A stretch of 64,000 bases of DNA from Candidatus Methylomirabilia bacterium (GTDB lineage: Bacteria > Methylomirabilota > Methylomirabilia > Rokubacteriales > CSP1-6). The stretch lies in NCBI GenBank assembly GCA_046758965.1, contig JBHIBG010000001.1:32001-96000 (forward strand). The letters run 5' to 3'. The number at the start of each line of letters is the position of its first letter. The first letter of the stretch is position 1. The notes beneath the pieces are model-generated. The model made no database searches and was not told the DNA's origin. It was given only the letters and a program-made list of their open reading frames with translations. Below are positions 50,910 to 63,139 of the stretch, in pieces. The position numbers and the translations under genes are program-made.

Positions 50910-50986
50910 TGGTCGGGGCGACTGGATTTGAACCAGCGACCTCCTGCTCCCGAAGCAGGCGCGCTACCAGGCTGCGCTACGCCCCG
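50910..50986 (-). tRNA. tRNA-Pro(CGG)
   Basis: CGGGGCG acceptor stem, anticodon arm CCTGC-TTCGGGA-GCAGG, TTCAAAT T-loop, CCA end. Confidence 0.96.
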
Positions 50987-51011
50987 ATCTTCCCGTCGCT
51001 CTCTCAGAGGC

Positions 51012-51698
51012 TCAGCCCTCCCAGCCGTACTTTCCAACCAGCTTGACGAAGACGCAACCGACCCCCGGCGTGGTTTTCATGACGCCGCCGGCCTTCTCGA
51101 TCACCGTGAGCGTCTGCGCCGCCGTATCCCCGATAGGCAATACCATCCGTCCGCCTTCGGCGAGCTGCTCGAACAGCGGGGCTGGCACCGCCGGGGCGGC
51201 CGCCGTGATGAGAATCCGGTCGAACGGCGCCTCATCAGGCCAGCCGTAGGTTCCGTCGGCTGCCCGCGCCCACACGTTGGTGTACCCGAGCCCTTCCAGG
51301 GTGGCGCGGGCCCGAGCCGCGAGGGAAGGAATGCGCTCCACGGAGCAGACCCGTCGAGCCAGCTCGGCGAGCACTGCGGTCTGGTATCCCGACCCCGTGC
51401 CGATCTCCAGGATTTTCTCAGAGCCCGACAGAGCGAGGAGTTCGGTCATCAACGCCACCATGTAGGGCTGCGAGATCGTCTGGCCCTCGCCGATCGGGAG
51501 CGGATGATCCCCGTAGGTGCGGTCACCGAAGGCCTCTCCCACGAATAGCTCGCGGGGAACCTTGCCCATCGCTCCGAGGACGCGCGGATCGCTGATCCCG
51601 CGCCGGCGGAGCTGCTCCTCAACCATCCGCTCACGCGCTTGGGCCACCCGCCACCCGAACGCCCCTGAGCGCTCCGACCTCTGAGCGCTCCCCAGCAT
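51012..51698 (-). CDS. pcm: Protein-L-isoaspartate O-methyltransferase
   Basis: GQTISQPY, LEIGTGSGYQ, APFDRI. Confidence 0.96.
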   Translation of the reverse strand: MLGSAQRSERSGAFGWRVAQARERMVEEQLRRRGISDPRVLGAMGKVPRELFVGEAFGDRTYGDHPLPIGEGQTISQPYMVALMTELLALSGSEKILEIGTGSGYQTAVLAELARRVCSVERIPSLAARARATLEGLGYTNVWARAADGTYGWPDEAPFDRILITAAAPAVPAPLFEQLAEGGRMVLPIGDTAAQTLTVIEKAGGVMKTTPGVGCVFVKLVGKYGWEG

Positions 51699-51703
51699 CG
51701 ATG

Positions 51704-52498
51704 CTACTCCCGCCGTCCAGCCGGTCCGCTTCGAGATTGCTGTCCGCGGAGCTGGGCAGTCAGAGCCCCATCCCACGAGGCCATCCGCCCAAGGGCCTCA
51801 TAGTGAGTCAGGTCCAGGTGGAGCGGCGTCACGGACGCGTACCCCTCTTGGACCGCCAGTACGTCCGTCCCGTCGCGATCCTCCCAGACTGGCTCTCCCG
51901 CTCCGATCCAGTAGTAGGTCCGCCCTCGCGGGTCCATCTCCTCCACCACCTTTTCGCTGTAGACCCGGTGGCCGAGCCGGGTGAGACGCATCCCGCGTAC
52001 GGGGTCCCGGGGGACGTTCACGTTCACCAGCGTCTTGGCAGGCAAGCCCTCCACCAGGATGCGCGTGGCGATCAACCCGGCGATGCGGGTGGCCTCTTGA
52101 AACCCCCGCCGCTCGGCGTCGATCTGGGAGATCGCCAGCGAAGGGACTCCGAGCAGCGTGCCCTCCATAGCCGCCGAGACCGTTCCCGAGTACGTCACGT
52201 CGTCACCGAGGTTGCCGCCGTGGTTGATACCAGCTGCTACCAGGCTCGGGGGAGCGGGGAGCAGGCCCAGGACCCCCAGGTTCACGCAATCTGACGGGGT
52301 CCCGTTCACCGCATACCGCCGCTCCGCGACCTGCTCCACCCGGAGCGGGCGGTGAAGCGTGAGCGAGTGCCCCACCGTGCTCCGTTCCCGATCGGGAGCC
52401 ACGACGTACACCTCCCCGAGGTCAGCGAGGGCCTCGACGAGCGCGGTCAGGCCGTCGGCGAAGATCCCGTCGTCATTGGTTACGAGCAGAAGCGCCAC
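51704..52498 (-). CDS. surE: 5'/3'-nucleotidase SurE
   Basis: VTNDDG, GTPSDC, GIN.G.N.G..VTYSGTV.AA.EG, SVTPL. Confidence 0.97.
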   Translation of the reverse strand: MALLLVTNDDGIFADGLTALVEALADLGEVYVVAPDRERSTVGHSLTLHRPLRVEQVAERRYAVNGTPSDCVNLGVLGLLPAPPSLVAAGINHGGNLGDDVTYSGTVSAAMEGTLLGVPSLAISQIDAERRGFQEATRIAGLIATRILVEGLPAKTLVNVNVPRDPVRGMRLTRLGHRVYSEKVVEEMDPRGRTYYWIGAGEPVWEDRDGTDVLAVQEGYASVTPLHLDLTHYEALGRMASWDGALTAQLRGQQSRSGPAGRRE

Positions 52499-52561
52499 CG
52501 TCCATTCTCGCTTACACAAAAGTCCGCAAACCCAACAGTTCGCGGGGAAGTCCAGAAAGAT

Positions 52562-52609
52562 TGGTCGGGGCGACCGGAGTTGGACCACCGACCCCTGACA
52601 CCCCATGCC
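52562..52609 (-). repeat. Decayed direct repeat of the tRNA-Pro(GGG) 3' end (att site)
   Basis: 43/48 nt identical to 54588-54635; identity ends in the anticodon arm. Confidence 0.85.
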
Positions 52610-52999
52610 GTTTGCCGGGTGAAACGACCGGCGACCATCGGTCGCCATTGTACACAATTCGCGCGGTTAGCGCTACTCGGCAGCCGCCGTGTACTGATGC
52701 ACGAGCGGATCGAAGGCCGTACGGGTCCGCCGTTGTGTTTCCAGCTGTCGCCAGCTTACCGAATACGTCCGCCTCCGCGTCGTCCTTGGCCTGGACGGAA
52801 GCGGGAACGAACTGGAGCGCGGCCGAGACCGCCCGCTTCACGTCGAATCCTGCCGTCCGATGGCCAAGGCGCGCGATCCCGGAAGGAACTCCTGAAAGCC
52901 CGCCGCGGAAGCGGTGGCGGCGGCCGATGCCCGTGTCGAGGCAGGTCGGCTTTGACCGACGTCATCGGGCGTGCTATCGTCTCGGTCGAGGCGCTCGTC

Positions 53000-54004
53000 A
53001 TGGCGAACGGCATCGACGAGTTTCACGGTGACCTTGACCGCCGTCACCTGATCCCTCTCTGGCGGGTTGCCGGACAGCTCCTGCCCGGCCAGCCGAAGCC
53101 CTGCGCGATCCCGTACCTCTGGCGCTGGAAGGAGCTCCACGCGCTCGCCATGCGCGCGGCCGAGCTGGTCCCCGTCGACCGGGCAGCCGAGCGCCGCGTG
53201 CTGGCGCTGGCGAATCCCGGGCTGCCAGGGGCCTCGGCCGCCACGCCGACGCTGTGGGGGGCGGTGCAGATCCTGATGCCCGGGGAGCTGGCGCCCGCCC
53301 ACCGGCATTCCCCGGCCGCCCTCCGGTTCATCCTCCAGGGTGAAGGCGCGTACACGACGGTCGAGGGCGAGAAATGCGTGATGCGCCGGGGCGACCTCGT
53401 GCTCACGCCGCCGTGGCGCTGGCATGATCACGGGAACGAGGGGCGCGCACCCGTCATCTGGTTCGACGGGCTGGACATCCCGCTCGTCGCCATGCTCGAT
53501 GCCTCCTTCTTCGAGCCGTTCGAAGAGTGGACGCAGAAGTCCGCGCCGGGCCGATCCGATCGCTGGTCGTACCCGTGGGCAGAGATCTACCCCGCGCTCG
53601 CCGCCCTCGCCGAGCGGGATTCGAGCCCGTTCGAGGACCTGGCGCTCCAGTACGTGACTGCCTCCGGCGGCCCGGTCCTCCCGACGCTCGCCTGCTGGGT
53701 GCAGCGCCTGCGCCCCGAAGTCCGGACGCGGGCTCACCGACACGTCTCGAGCGCGGTCTACGTCGCATTCGAGGGGACGGGGTTCAGCGTGATCAACGGC
53801 GAACGCTTCAGCTGGAGCCCCGGTGACATGTTCGCCGTGCCGCCGTGGGCCTGGCACGAGCACGCCAACCCGTCGTCGACGGAAGACGCCATTCTCTTCT
53901 CGATCCATGACACGCCGGTGCTGCAGGCTCTCGGGCTCCAGCGCGAGGAGGCGTACGACGCCCACGGCGGGCATCAGCCCGTCGTGCGCGAGTTTGCCGG
54001 CTGA
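53000..54004 (+). CDS. Gentisate 1,2-dioxygenase-family bicupin
   Basis: AERRVL.L.NPG, AHRHSPAALRF, WHDH, DGLDIP, HRH, WHEH. Confidence 0.9.
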   Translation: MANGIDEFHGDLDRRHLIPLWRVAGQLLPGQPKPCAIPYLWRWKELHALAMRAAELVPVDRAAERRVLALANPGLPGASAATPTLWGAVQILMPGELAPAHRHSPAALRFILQGEGAYTTVEGEKCVMRRGDLVLTPPWRWHDHGNEGRAPVIWFDGLDIPLVAMLDASFFEPFEEWTQKSAPGRSDRWSYPWAEIYPALAALAERDSSPFEDLALQYVTASGGPVLPTLACWVQRLRPEVRTRAHRHVSSAVYVAFEGTGFSVINGERFSWSPGDMFAVPPWAWHEHANPSSTEDAILFSIHDTPVLQALGLQREEAYDAHGGHQPVVREFAG

Positions 54005-54047
54005 CGTCCTTCGCCGTTCACACACCAAGGAGAGAAGGAGGACGAGC

Positions 54048-54455
54048 ATGCGTGGGATCGCTGGAATTCAACCGGGTTGGGGGGTCACCGCGGTACGGCT
54101 GGCAATGGCCGTCATCTTCATTGTCGCGGGGTACCAAAAGTTCGCCGGCGGCCTGGGCGGCATCACCGGCTTCTTGGACAAGATCGGGATTCTGCTGCCC
54201 GGCCTGATGGGACTGTACATCTCCGTTCTGGAGCTGGTCGGCGGGATCCTCCTGCTGATCGGGCTTGCCGGCCGTTGGGTGGGGCTTCTCTTCGCCCTCG
54301 AGTTCATCGTGGCGGCGTTCTATTACAAGTTCCCCACGCTGGGCTGGGCGGCCGGTCGCGTCGACTTGATGCTGCTGGCGGGCGCCATTTTGCTCTTTCT
54401 GGCCGGATCGGGCAAGGCGTCGGTCGACGAGGTGTGGCTCGAGAAGGGCGATTGA
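54048..54455 (+). CDS. DoxX family membrane protein
   Basis: VRLAMAVIF...G.QKF, ELVGG, GSG.ASVD. Confidence 0.9.
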   Translation: MRGIAGIQPGWGVTAVRLAMAVIFIVAGYQKFAGGLGGITGFLDKIGILLPGLMGLYISVLELVGGILLLIGLAGRWVGLLFALEFIVAAFYYKFPTLGWAAGRVDLMLLAGAILLFLAGSGKASVDEVWLEKGD

Positions 54456-54587
54456 TCTTCTCGAAGCGTGCGGGGAGGATCTCGGGCTCCCGGAAGAGAA
54501 TCTCACGCCGGGCTGGTGCCAGCAGCTCTCGTGGCGCCGGCAACCGAGGTGGCGCCTCGGTCTGCCCTGCTAACCTCGCGATTAGTC

Positions 54588-54664
<77 letters not shown>

Positions 54665-54704
54665 AACGGTTTGAATTTACAGACTTGCGGACCGCACGTC
54701 AAGG

Positions 54705-55538
54705 CTATATCCACCCGTTATGCCCGCCAGCTTCCGGGTGGCCTTCTGAAGATCTCCGGGGCTGACAATGTTGTAGCGGTCGGACACGGAGCGGGTCTGC
54801 CCCCCGCGCCTTCTTGAACTCCCCGATCCGCCGCCCGTGATGCCTCCCCGTCAGCAGGTAGACAGCGAGGCGGCCCTCCTTGGTCTTCGTCGTGCCTGGC
54901 TCCAGGCGCAGCGTCCCGGCTTCGAGGTCGAGCCGCCTCCGCTCTGGCGTCAGGATCTCACTCTGGACGCGCCAGCCGAACGCGTAGGCAATGCCCGCCG
55001 CGAGCCTGAGATATTCGGGTAACCGCCGCCGAACCGCCTCGTGCTGCGCCGGCTCCAAGAAGCCCTGTCGAGGGCCGTTCTCCCTGAGCTTTCGAATGAT
55101 CGGGAGACGCAGCAGCTTGCCATTCTCGTAGGCCGGCTTGAGCGCGCGGTTGAGTACCGTCAGGTCTCGGTTAATTGTGCCGTTCGAGGCTCCGCTCTCG
55201 TGTCGCTTGTCGGCATAAGCGGCGGCCTCACTCAGGCCCATAGCTGCGATCTTCCTCCCGGTGAAGAAGCGATCGAGGCGCTTCAGCCGGAAATCCGCTT
55301 CCTTCGTGTCGTGCGATCCGCTTGTCTTGTAGTGACTGCGGAGACCCTGTGCGACCTCCTCGTAGCGAATGCGATCCGCGCGAGGCAGGATCGGCTGGCC
55401 GCTCACCACATGCCCTTCGCGCTCTTTGAGGAGCCGTTTGGCCTTACTGTCGGTGTCGGTGCCCATGCTCTCGCGGATCGCCTGGCCGTTGCGATAGTAC
55501 TTCTTGGTTTGCGCTATCGCCACGCCCCGGAGCCCCAT
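54705..55538 (-). pseudogene. Tyrosine recombinase/integrase pseudogene
   Basis: YYRNG..RES arm-binding start, NGTINRDL, GWR..EIL, TK.KEGR; HxxR region deleted; C-terminal TRSV.DRYNIV tail in a shifted frame. Confidence 0.85.
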
Positions 55539-55752
55539 GCCCGCGAGGCTACAGAGGTTATGCAGGAAGCGCCTCTCGGATATCAAGGGTTGTTTCAAAG
55601 AGCGGTTCTCGCATAGAATAAGCCGCGATGGCGAAGAAGGGAAAAGACCCGCATGCCGTCGCGCTCGAGAGAGTCCAAGCTGACCGGGCTTGTGTCGGGC
55701 TGGGCTTTTCGTAGAATCGCTCCCGTAGCGGTTCCTCGTTGGGAAGCCGGCC

Positions 55753-57681
55753 ATGGTACCGTGGGGCGTCGAACGTAAGCTGACCGCGATCCTCAGTGCC
55801 GATGTCAAGGGCTATAGCCGCCTCATGGGCGAGGATGAGGTGGCGACCATCCGCACGCTCACCGCCTATCGCGAAGTGATGGCCTCCCTCATCCAGCTGC
55901 ACCGCGGAAGGGTAATAGACATGCCGGGGGACAACCTGCTGGCAGAGTTCGCCAGCGTGGTCGATGCCGTGCAGTGCGCCGTGGAGATCCAGCAGGCTCT
56001 CAAAAGCTGGAACGCGGAGCTGCCTGACCGCCGCAAGATGGAGTTCCGCATCGGGATCAACCTTGGAGACGTGGTTGTGGAGGGGGAGCGGATCTACGGG
56101 GATGGGGTCAACATCGCGGCCCGCGTGGAGGGACTGGCCGAGGGCGGGGGCGTTTGCATCTCCCGGACGGCCTTTGACCAGGTCAAGAACAAGCTCGCCC
56201 TGGGGTATGAATTCCTGGGCGAGCACACCGTCAAGAACATCGCGGAGCCCGTGCGCGTGTACCGGGTGCTCATGGAGCCGGAAGCTGCCGGCAGGGTGAT
56301 CGGGGAGACAAGGCCGCCCATCACCCGGATGGTCCTAGCCGACGTGCGGGCGAGACCTTGGCGGTGGGCAGCTCTGGCTGCCGGGGCCGTGCTGGCTCTG
56401 GCAGGTGCGAGCGGTGTAATCTGGAGCTTCTACCTCCGCGGACCTGCCCCCTGGACGGAGGTGGCCTCTGAAGAGAAGATGGCATTCCCGCTGCCCGACA
56501 AGCCTTCGATCGCGGTCTTGCCGTTCGACAATCTGAGCGGCGACCCGAAACAGGACTACCTCGCCGACGGGCTGACCGAGGACCTCATCACCGACCTGTC
56601 ACGCTTCCGCGAATTGTTCGTCATCGCCCGCAATTCGACGTTCACCTACAAGGGCAGGCCGGTCAAGGTCCAGCAGGTGGCCGAGGATCTCGGGGTCCGC
56701 TACATCCTGGAAGGGAGCGTGCAGCGATCGGCGGATCGGGTGCGGATCACCGCGCAGCTCGTCGACGCCATATCGGGAGAGCATGTGTGGGCGGAACGCT
56801 ACGACCGCGACATCTCAGACATTTTCGCCGTGCAGGATGAGGTCGCCGAGAAGATCGTCGGGAATTTGGCGGGGTATCACGGGAAGCTGACGAAGGCCGA
56901 GAAACGGCGCGCCAGGAAAGAGCGCACCACCGATCTCAAGGTATACGAGACCTACCTGCTGGGTATCGAGTACAAGCACCGGTTCACGAAAGAGAACAAT
57001 CTCATCGCGCAGGAGTTGCTCAATAAAGCGATCGCTCTCGACCCCGAGTATGCGCGCGCATATACCGCTTTGGGTTGGACGTATTTGTTTGAGGTGTGGT
57101 GGGGATGGAGCGATGCGCCAGGCCAGTCGCTGAAGCAGGCGTTTCAGGCGGCGCAAAAGGCCGTTCTGCTCGATGACTCTGACGCCGAGTGTCACTGGCT
57201 TCTGGCCGATCTTTATGTCGTGACGCGGCAGTTTGAGAAAGCGGTCACTGAGTTCAACAGGGCGCTCGAGCTCAATCCGAACATGGCCGATGTCCTCGCG
57301 AACTGGGGGGCGGTTATGGCCCGTCTGGGCAGGGCGGAGGAAGGGGTCGAGACGATCAAGAAGGCGATGCGCCTCAACCCGAACTATCCTCAATGGTACC
57401 CGCAGTTCCTGGGCGGCGCGATGTATGCGGCGCGGCGGTATGAGGAGGCGGTTGCAGTACTGAAGAGAGTAAAGCAGCACGTCCGGACCAGTCGCGCCTA
57501 CTTTGCTGCGAGCTACGCTCAGCTAGGCCGGATCGAGGAGGCCCGCGCGGAGGTGGCAGAGACCCTCAAGCTGGATCCCAACGCCACGGTGCAGATCGTA
57601 AGCAACATCGAATACTACAAGAATCCCGCCGACCGCGATCATTTCGAGGAGGGTGTGCGGAAGGCCGGGCTGCCGGACTGA
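55753..57681 (+). CDS. Class III adenylate/guanylate cyclase + TolB-like + TPR protein
   Basis: SADVKGYS, GDN, GDGVNIAAR, TM helix, PSIAVLPF.NLS, TPR repeats. Confidence 0.93.
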   Translation: MVPWGVERKLTAILSADVKGYSRLMGEDEVATIRTLTAYREVMASLIQLHRGRVIDMPGDNLLAEFASVVDAVQCAVEIQQALKSWNAELPDRRKMEFRIGINLGDVVVEGERIYGDGVNIAARVEGLAEGGGVCISRTAFDQVKNKLALGYEFLGEHTVKNIAEPVRVYRVLMEPEAAGRVIGETRPPITRMVLADVRARPWRWAALAAGAVLALAGASGVIWSFYLRGPAPWTEVASEEKMAFPLPDKPSIAVLPFDNLSGDPKQDYLADGLTEDLITDLSRFRELFVIARNSTFTYKGRPVKVQQVAEDLGVRYILEGSVQRSADRVRITAQLVDAISGEHVWAERYDRDISDIFAVQDEVAEKIVGNLAGYHGKLTKAEKRRARKERTTDLKVYETYLLGIEYKHRFTKENNLIAQELLNKAIALDPEYARAYTALGWTYLFEVWWGWSDAPGQSLKQAFQAAQKAVLLDDSDAECHWLLADLYVVTRQFEKAVTEFNRALELNPNMADVLANWGAVMARLGRAEEGVETIKKAMRLNPNYPQWYPQFLGGAMYAARRYEEAVAVLKRVKQHVRTSRAYFAASYAQLGRIEEARAEVAETLKLDPNATVQIVSNIEYYKNPADRDHFEEGVRKAGLPD

Positions 57682-57811
57682 CAGCAGCAGTCCGGTCACG
57701 AAGGTCAGCCGGCCATCCCCCTTGCAGAAAGTCGAGGCACTCCCCAATCCCGCGCCATCTCGTTTCCGTCCCGCTCTCTGATGGGTCACGCTGAGGGAGG
57801 GGCGGGAGACT

Positions 57812-58468
57812 TCAAGCTCTCAAATCCGGACCGCCGCCGACGATCCGGGAAGGGACGTCCACATCCACATTGCCCCCGCTCACGACGGTGACGACGGCGC
57901 CTCCCACCTCGCGGATTTCAGGGCCACGGCAATGCCCGAGATGAGGCCGCCCCCCGAAACCGGGACCACGACGGTGTCGAGCTCCGGCAGATCCTCGAGA
58001 AGTTCCAGGCCGATCGTCCCTTGCCCGGCAATTACGAAAGGATCGTCGAAAGGTGGCACCATGACCATACCCGCCTCGGCAACGAGGCGTTCCGCCTCTG
58101 CTCCGGCCTCGTCCTGGCTGCTGCCGACGATTCTCACCTCGGCCCCGAGGTCGCGGATCGCCTTCACTTTGTTCTCCGGGACCAGGCGCGACATACACAC
58201 CACGGCTTTGATCCCGAGACGGCCGGCGGCGTGAGCCAGGCCCCGTCCGTGATTGCCGGTCGAGACCGCGGCAACGCCTCGCTCCCTTTCCTCAGCGCTG
58301 AGGTGCAGCAGGCGGTTCGTGGCGCCCCGGATCTTGAACGAACCGGTCTCTTGCGCCGAGGCGACGCGACAGGGCGGCCGACTGGAGCAGTGGCGTCCGA
58401 CGAACCAAGGTGGCGATCGCGCGGCGAGCTCCGTAGATGTCCCGCAGCGTCACCGTATCGTCTCTCAC
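57812..58468 (-). pseudogene. EutB/threonine dehydratase-family pseudogene
   Basis: RTPL start; frameshifting deletion before QETGSFKIRGA; STGNHG, GQGTIGLE, SGGGL; second deletion before VSGGNVD. Confidence 0.85.
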
Positions 58469-58499
58469 GCCAGACCGCGCTCCGCTCGCGTCGAGTGCT

Positions 58500-60804
<2,305 letters not shown>

Positions 60805-60812
<8 letters not shown>

Positions 60813-61275
60813 GTCTGGCCACCTCCCGGGCGTAGGCCTCGACGGCGTCCAGGATCTTCGCGTAGCCGGTGCAGCGGCAGAGGTTGCCCGCGAGGGCGCG
60901 TCGGATCGCCTCCCGATCCACCTCCGGGTGCCGATCGATGAAAGCGAGTGCGGTCAGGAGCATGCCGGGCGTGCAGAAGCCGCACTGGACAGCGCCGTGA
61001 CGCACGAACGCCTGCTGCAACGGATGCAGGCCGCCGTCCACCCCGAGGCCGCGCACGGTGAGAATCGTCCGGCCGCGCGCCGCCGGGGCGAGAATGAGGC
61101 AGCTCGAGGCCGGCCGGCCATCGAGCAGCACGGTGCACGCCCCACAGACGCCCTCGCCGCACCCCTCCTTGGCATCGAGGAGACCGAGCGTGTCGCGCAG
61201 GAGTTGAAGAAGGGTCTGGTTCGGCGCCACATCCAGCTCCCGCATGCGCCCGTTGACGCTGAGCCTGATGATCAT
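60805..61275 (-). CDS. 2x[2Fe-2S] subunit (CoxS-like)
   Basis: GCGEGVCGAC, QCGFC, NLCRCTGY. Confidence 0.93.
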
Positions 61276-61337
61276 GGCACTTCAAACATTCACGGGGTGT
61301 GCATGCGTCGGGGATGGGCCCGCTTGCCTGCTCCAAA

Positions 61338-62204
61338 TCATGAGGCGCTACCCAGAGCCCGTGCGACGGCGCGCGCCAGCGCCCGCCTCGCCAGCACGCC
61401 CGCGAGGTGTCTCCGGTAGGCCGCTGAGGCGAAGGCGTCCGACTCCGGTGAGATCGCCTCGCGGGCGATGGCCGCCGCACGCCCCAGTCGCTCGGGCGTC
61501 GGCTCGTGCCCGCGGAGCAGATCCTCGGCCGCCAGAGCCCGGACCGGCGTCGGCCCCACGCCGGCTAGGGCAACTCGCGCCTCTTCCACCCGACCACGGC
61601 GATCGGAGCTCACGAGAGCTGTCACCGCAACCAGGGCGAAATCGCCCGGCCGCCGCGCGAACTCCTCGACGGCCTGGCCCATGCCACGCGTCGCGGGCAG
61701 GTCCACCTCAGTGAGAAGCTCCTCTCCCCCGAGGGTGGTCGTGAGGTACCCCGCGAAGAACTCGTCCACGGGCACAGTGCGCCGGTCCCCGCGCCCCTCG
61801 AGCGTCAGGCGGGCCCCGAGGGCGAGCATCACCATCGGCAGCTCGGCTGCAGGATCCGCGTGCGCCAGGCTCCCGCCGAGGGTCCCCAGCGTGCGGACGC
61901 GAACGTTGCCGATCAGAGATGCGGCCTCGCTCAGCACGGGACAGGCCCGGGCGATCTCGCCGGACTCCTCGAGCGTCGCGTGGCGCGTCAGCGCTCCCAG
62001 GCGGAGCCGGCCATCCTCGACGCGGACTCCGCCGAGCGCCAACCTGTTGATGTCGACGATGACGCGAGGAGCGGCGAGCCGATAGCTGAGGAGCGGCACC
62101 AAGCTCTGCCCACCCGCGAGGATCCTCGCCTCCTCACGGTGCCGGGCCAGCAGGTCGATTGCTTCCTCGACGGAGCCCGGCGACACATACTCAAACGCCC
62201 GCAT
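61338..62204 (-). CDS. FAD-binding subunit (CoxM-like)
   Basis: AGGQSL, GTLGGSLAHADPAAE, RRPGDFA. Confidence 0.92.
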   Translation of the reverse strand: MRAFEYVSPGSVEEAIDLLARHREEARILAGGQSLVPLLSYRLAAPRVIVDINRLALGGVRVEDGRLRLGALTRHATLEESGEIARACPVLSEAASLIGNVRVRTLGTLGGSLAHADPAAELPMVMLALGARLTLEGRGDRRTVPVDEFFAGYLTTTLGGEELLTEVDLPATRGMGQAVEEFARRPGDFALVAVTALVSSDRRGRVEEARVALAGVGPTPVRALAAEDLLRGHEPTPERLGRAAAIAREAISPESDAFASAAYRRHLAGVLARRALARAVARALGSAS

Positions 62205-62282
62205 CTCCTCCCCTACAGGTCCGGCGGGCTCGCGGGTCCGTCGCGGCGAACAGCCCCGGGGCGTAAGGCGTCCGCGCTTCGA

Positions 62283-62355
62283 GCGCGGGCTTTGCCCGCG
62301 CAAGCGAATGGGGGAGGCATCGGAGGGGGGGGGGGGGCCCCCCCCCCCCCCCCGA
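62283..62355. repeat. REP-like intergenic palindromes with a G13/C16 homopolymer stem
   Basis: GCGCGGGC-TTT-GCCCGCGC hairpin, then TCGGA-G13-C16-GA. Confidence 0.5.
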
Positions 62356-62359
62356 CCGT

Positions 62360-63139
62360 TCAAACATCCCACCCCCCATCCACAGTGATCGTCTGGCCAG
62401 TCATATTCCGCGACTCTTCGGAGCAGAGGAAGAGCACCGCACTGGTCACGTCCTCGGCGGTGGTCACCCGGCGGAGCGCCATCTCGTTGACATACTCCTG
62501 GCGGACCTGCTCGGGGGTCCACCCGCGCTTGCGCGCCTTCTCCCGGCAGAGCCTATCCATCCTGTCACCGCTCACAATCCCCGGGGCGACGCAGTTGACG
62601 TTGACGTTGTAGGGGCCCGCTTCCAGGGCGACGGTGCGGGTGAATCCACGGACCGCCCACTTCGATGAGGAGTAGGGGGCGCGGAGCTTGTAGCCGCGGA
62701 GGCTGGAGGTGCCCGCGATGTTGACGATCTTGCCGCGCCGGCGGGCGAGCATGGCGGGAAGCACGTGCTTGACGCAGAGGAAGGTCCCCCTGAGGTTCAC
62801 GGCCAGAACCTCGTCCCACTCCTCGACCTTCACCTCCTGGACCGGAGTCTCGATGGGACCGGTGATCCCGGCCATGTTGACCAGGAGATCGATCTGTCCG
62901 AAGGCCTCGATCGTCCGCTCGACCATCTGCCGGACCGACGCCTCCTCACGGACGTCGGTGGGAACGACAAGGGCCCGACGCCCGAGCGCCTCCACCTCAC
63001 GCGAGAGCTTCTCGAGAGGCGGGATCTCTCTGGCCGCGACGGTCAGATGCGCCCCTTCGGCCGCGAGCCGGAGCGAGACGGCCCGCCCCATCCCCTTGGC
63101 CGGCCCCGTCACGATCGCCACCTGATTCAGGAGCTTCAT
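62360..63139 (-). CDS. Short-chain dehydrogenase/reductase
   Basis: TGPAKGMG, NMAG, YSSSK, VDGG. Confidence 0.93.
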   Translation of the reverse strand: MKLLNQVAIVTGPAKGMGRAVSLRLAAEGAHLTVAAREIPPLEKLSREVEALGRRALVVPTDVREEASVRQMVERTIEAFGQIDLLVNMAGITGPIETPVQEVKVEEWDEVLAVNLRGTFLCVKHVLPAMLARRRGKIVNIAGTSSLRGYKLRAPYSSSKWAVRGFTRTVALEAGPYNVNVNCVAPGIVSGDRMDRLCREKARKRGWTPEQVRQEYVNEMALRRVTTAEDVTSAVLFLCSEESRNMTGQTITVDGGWDV

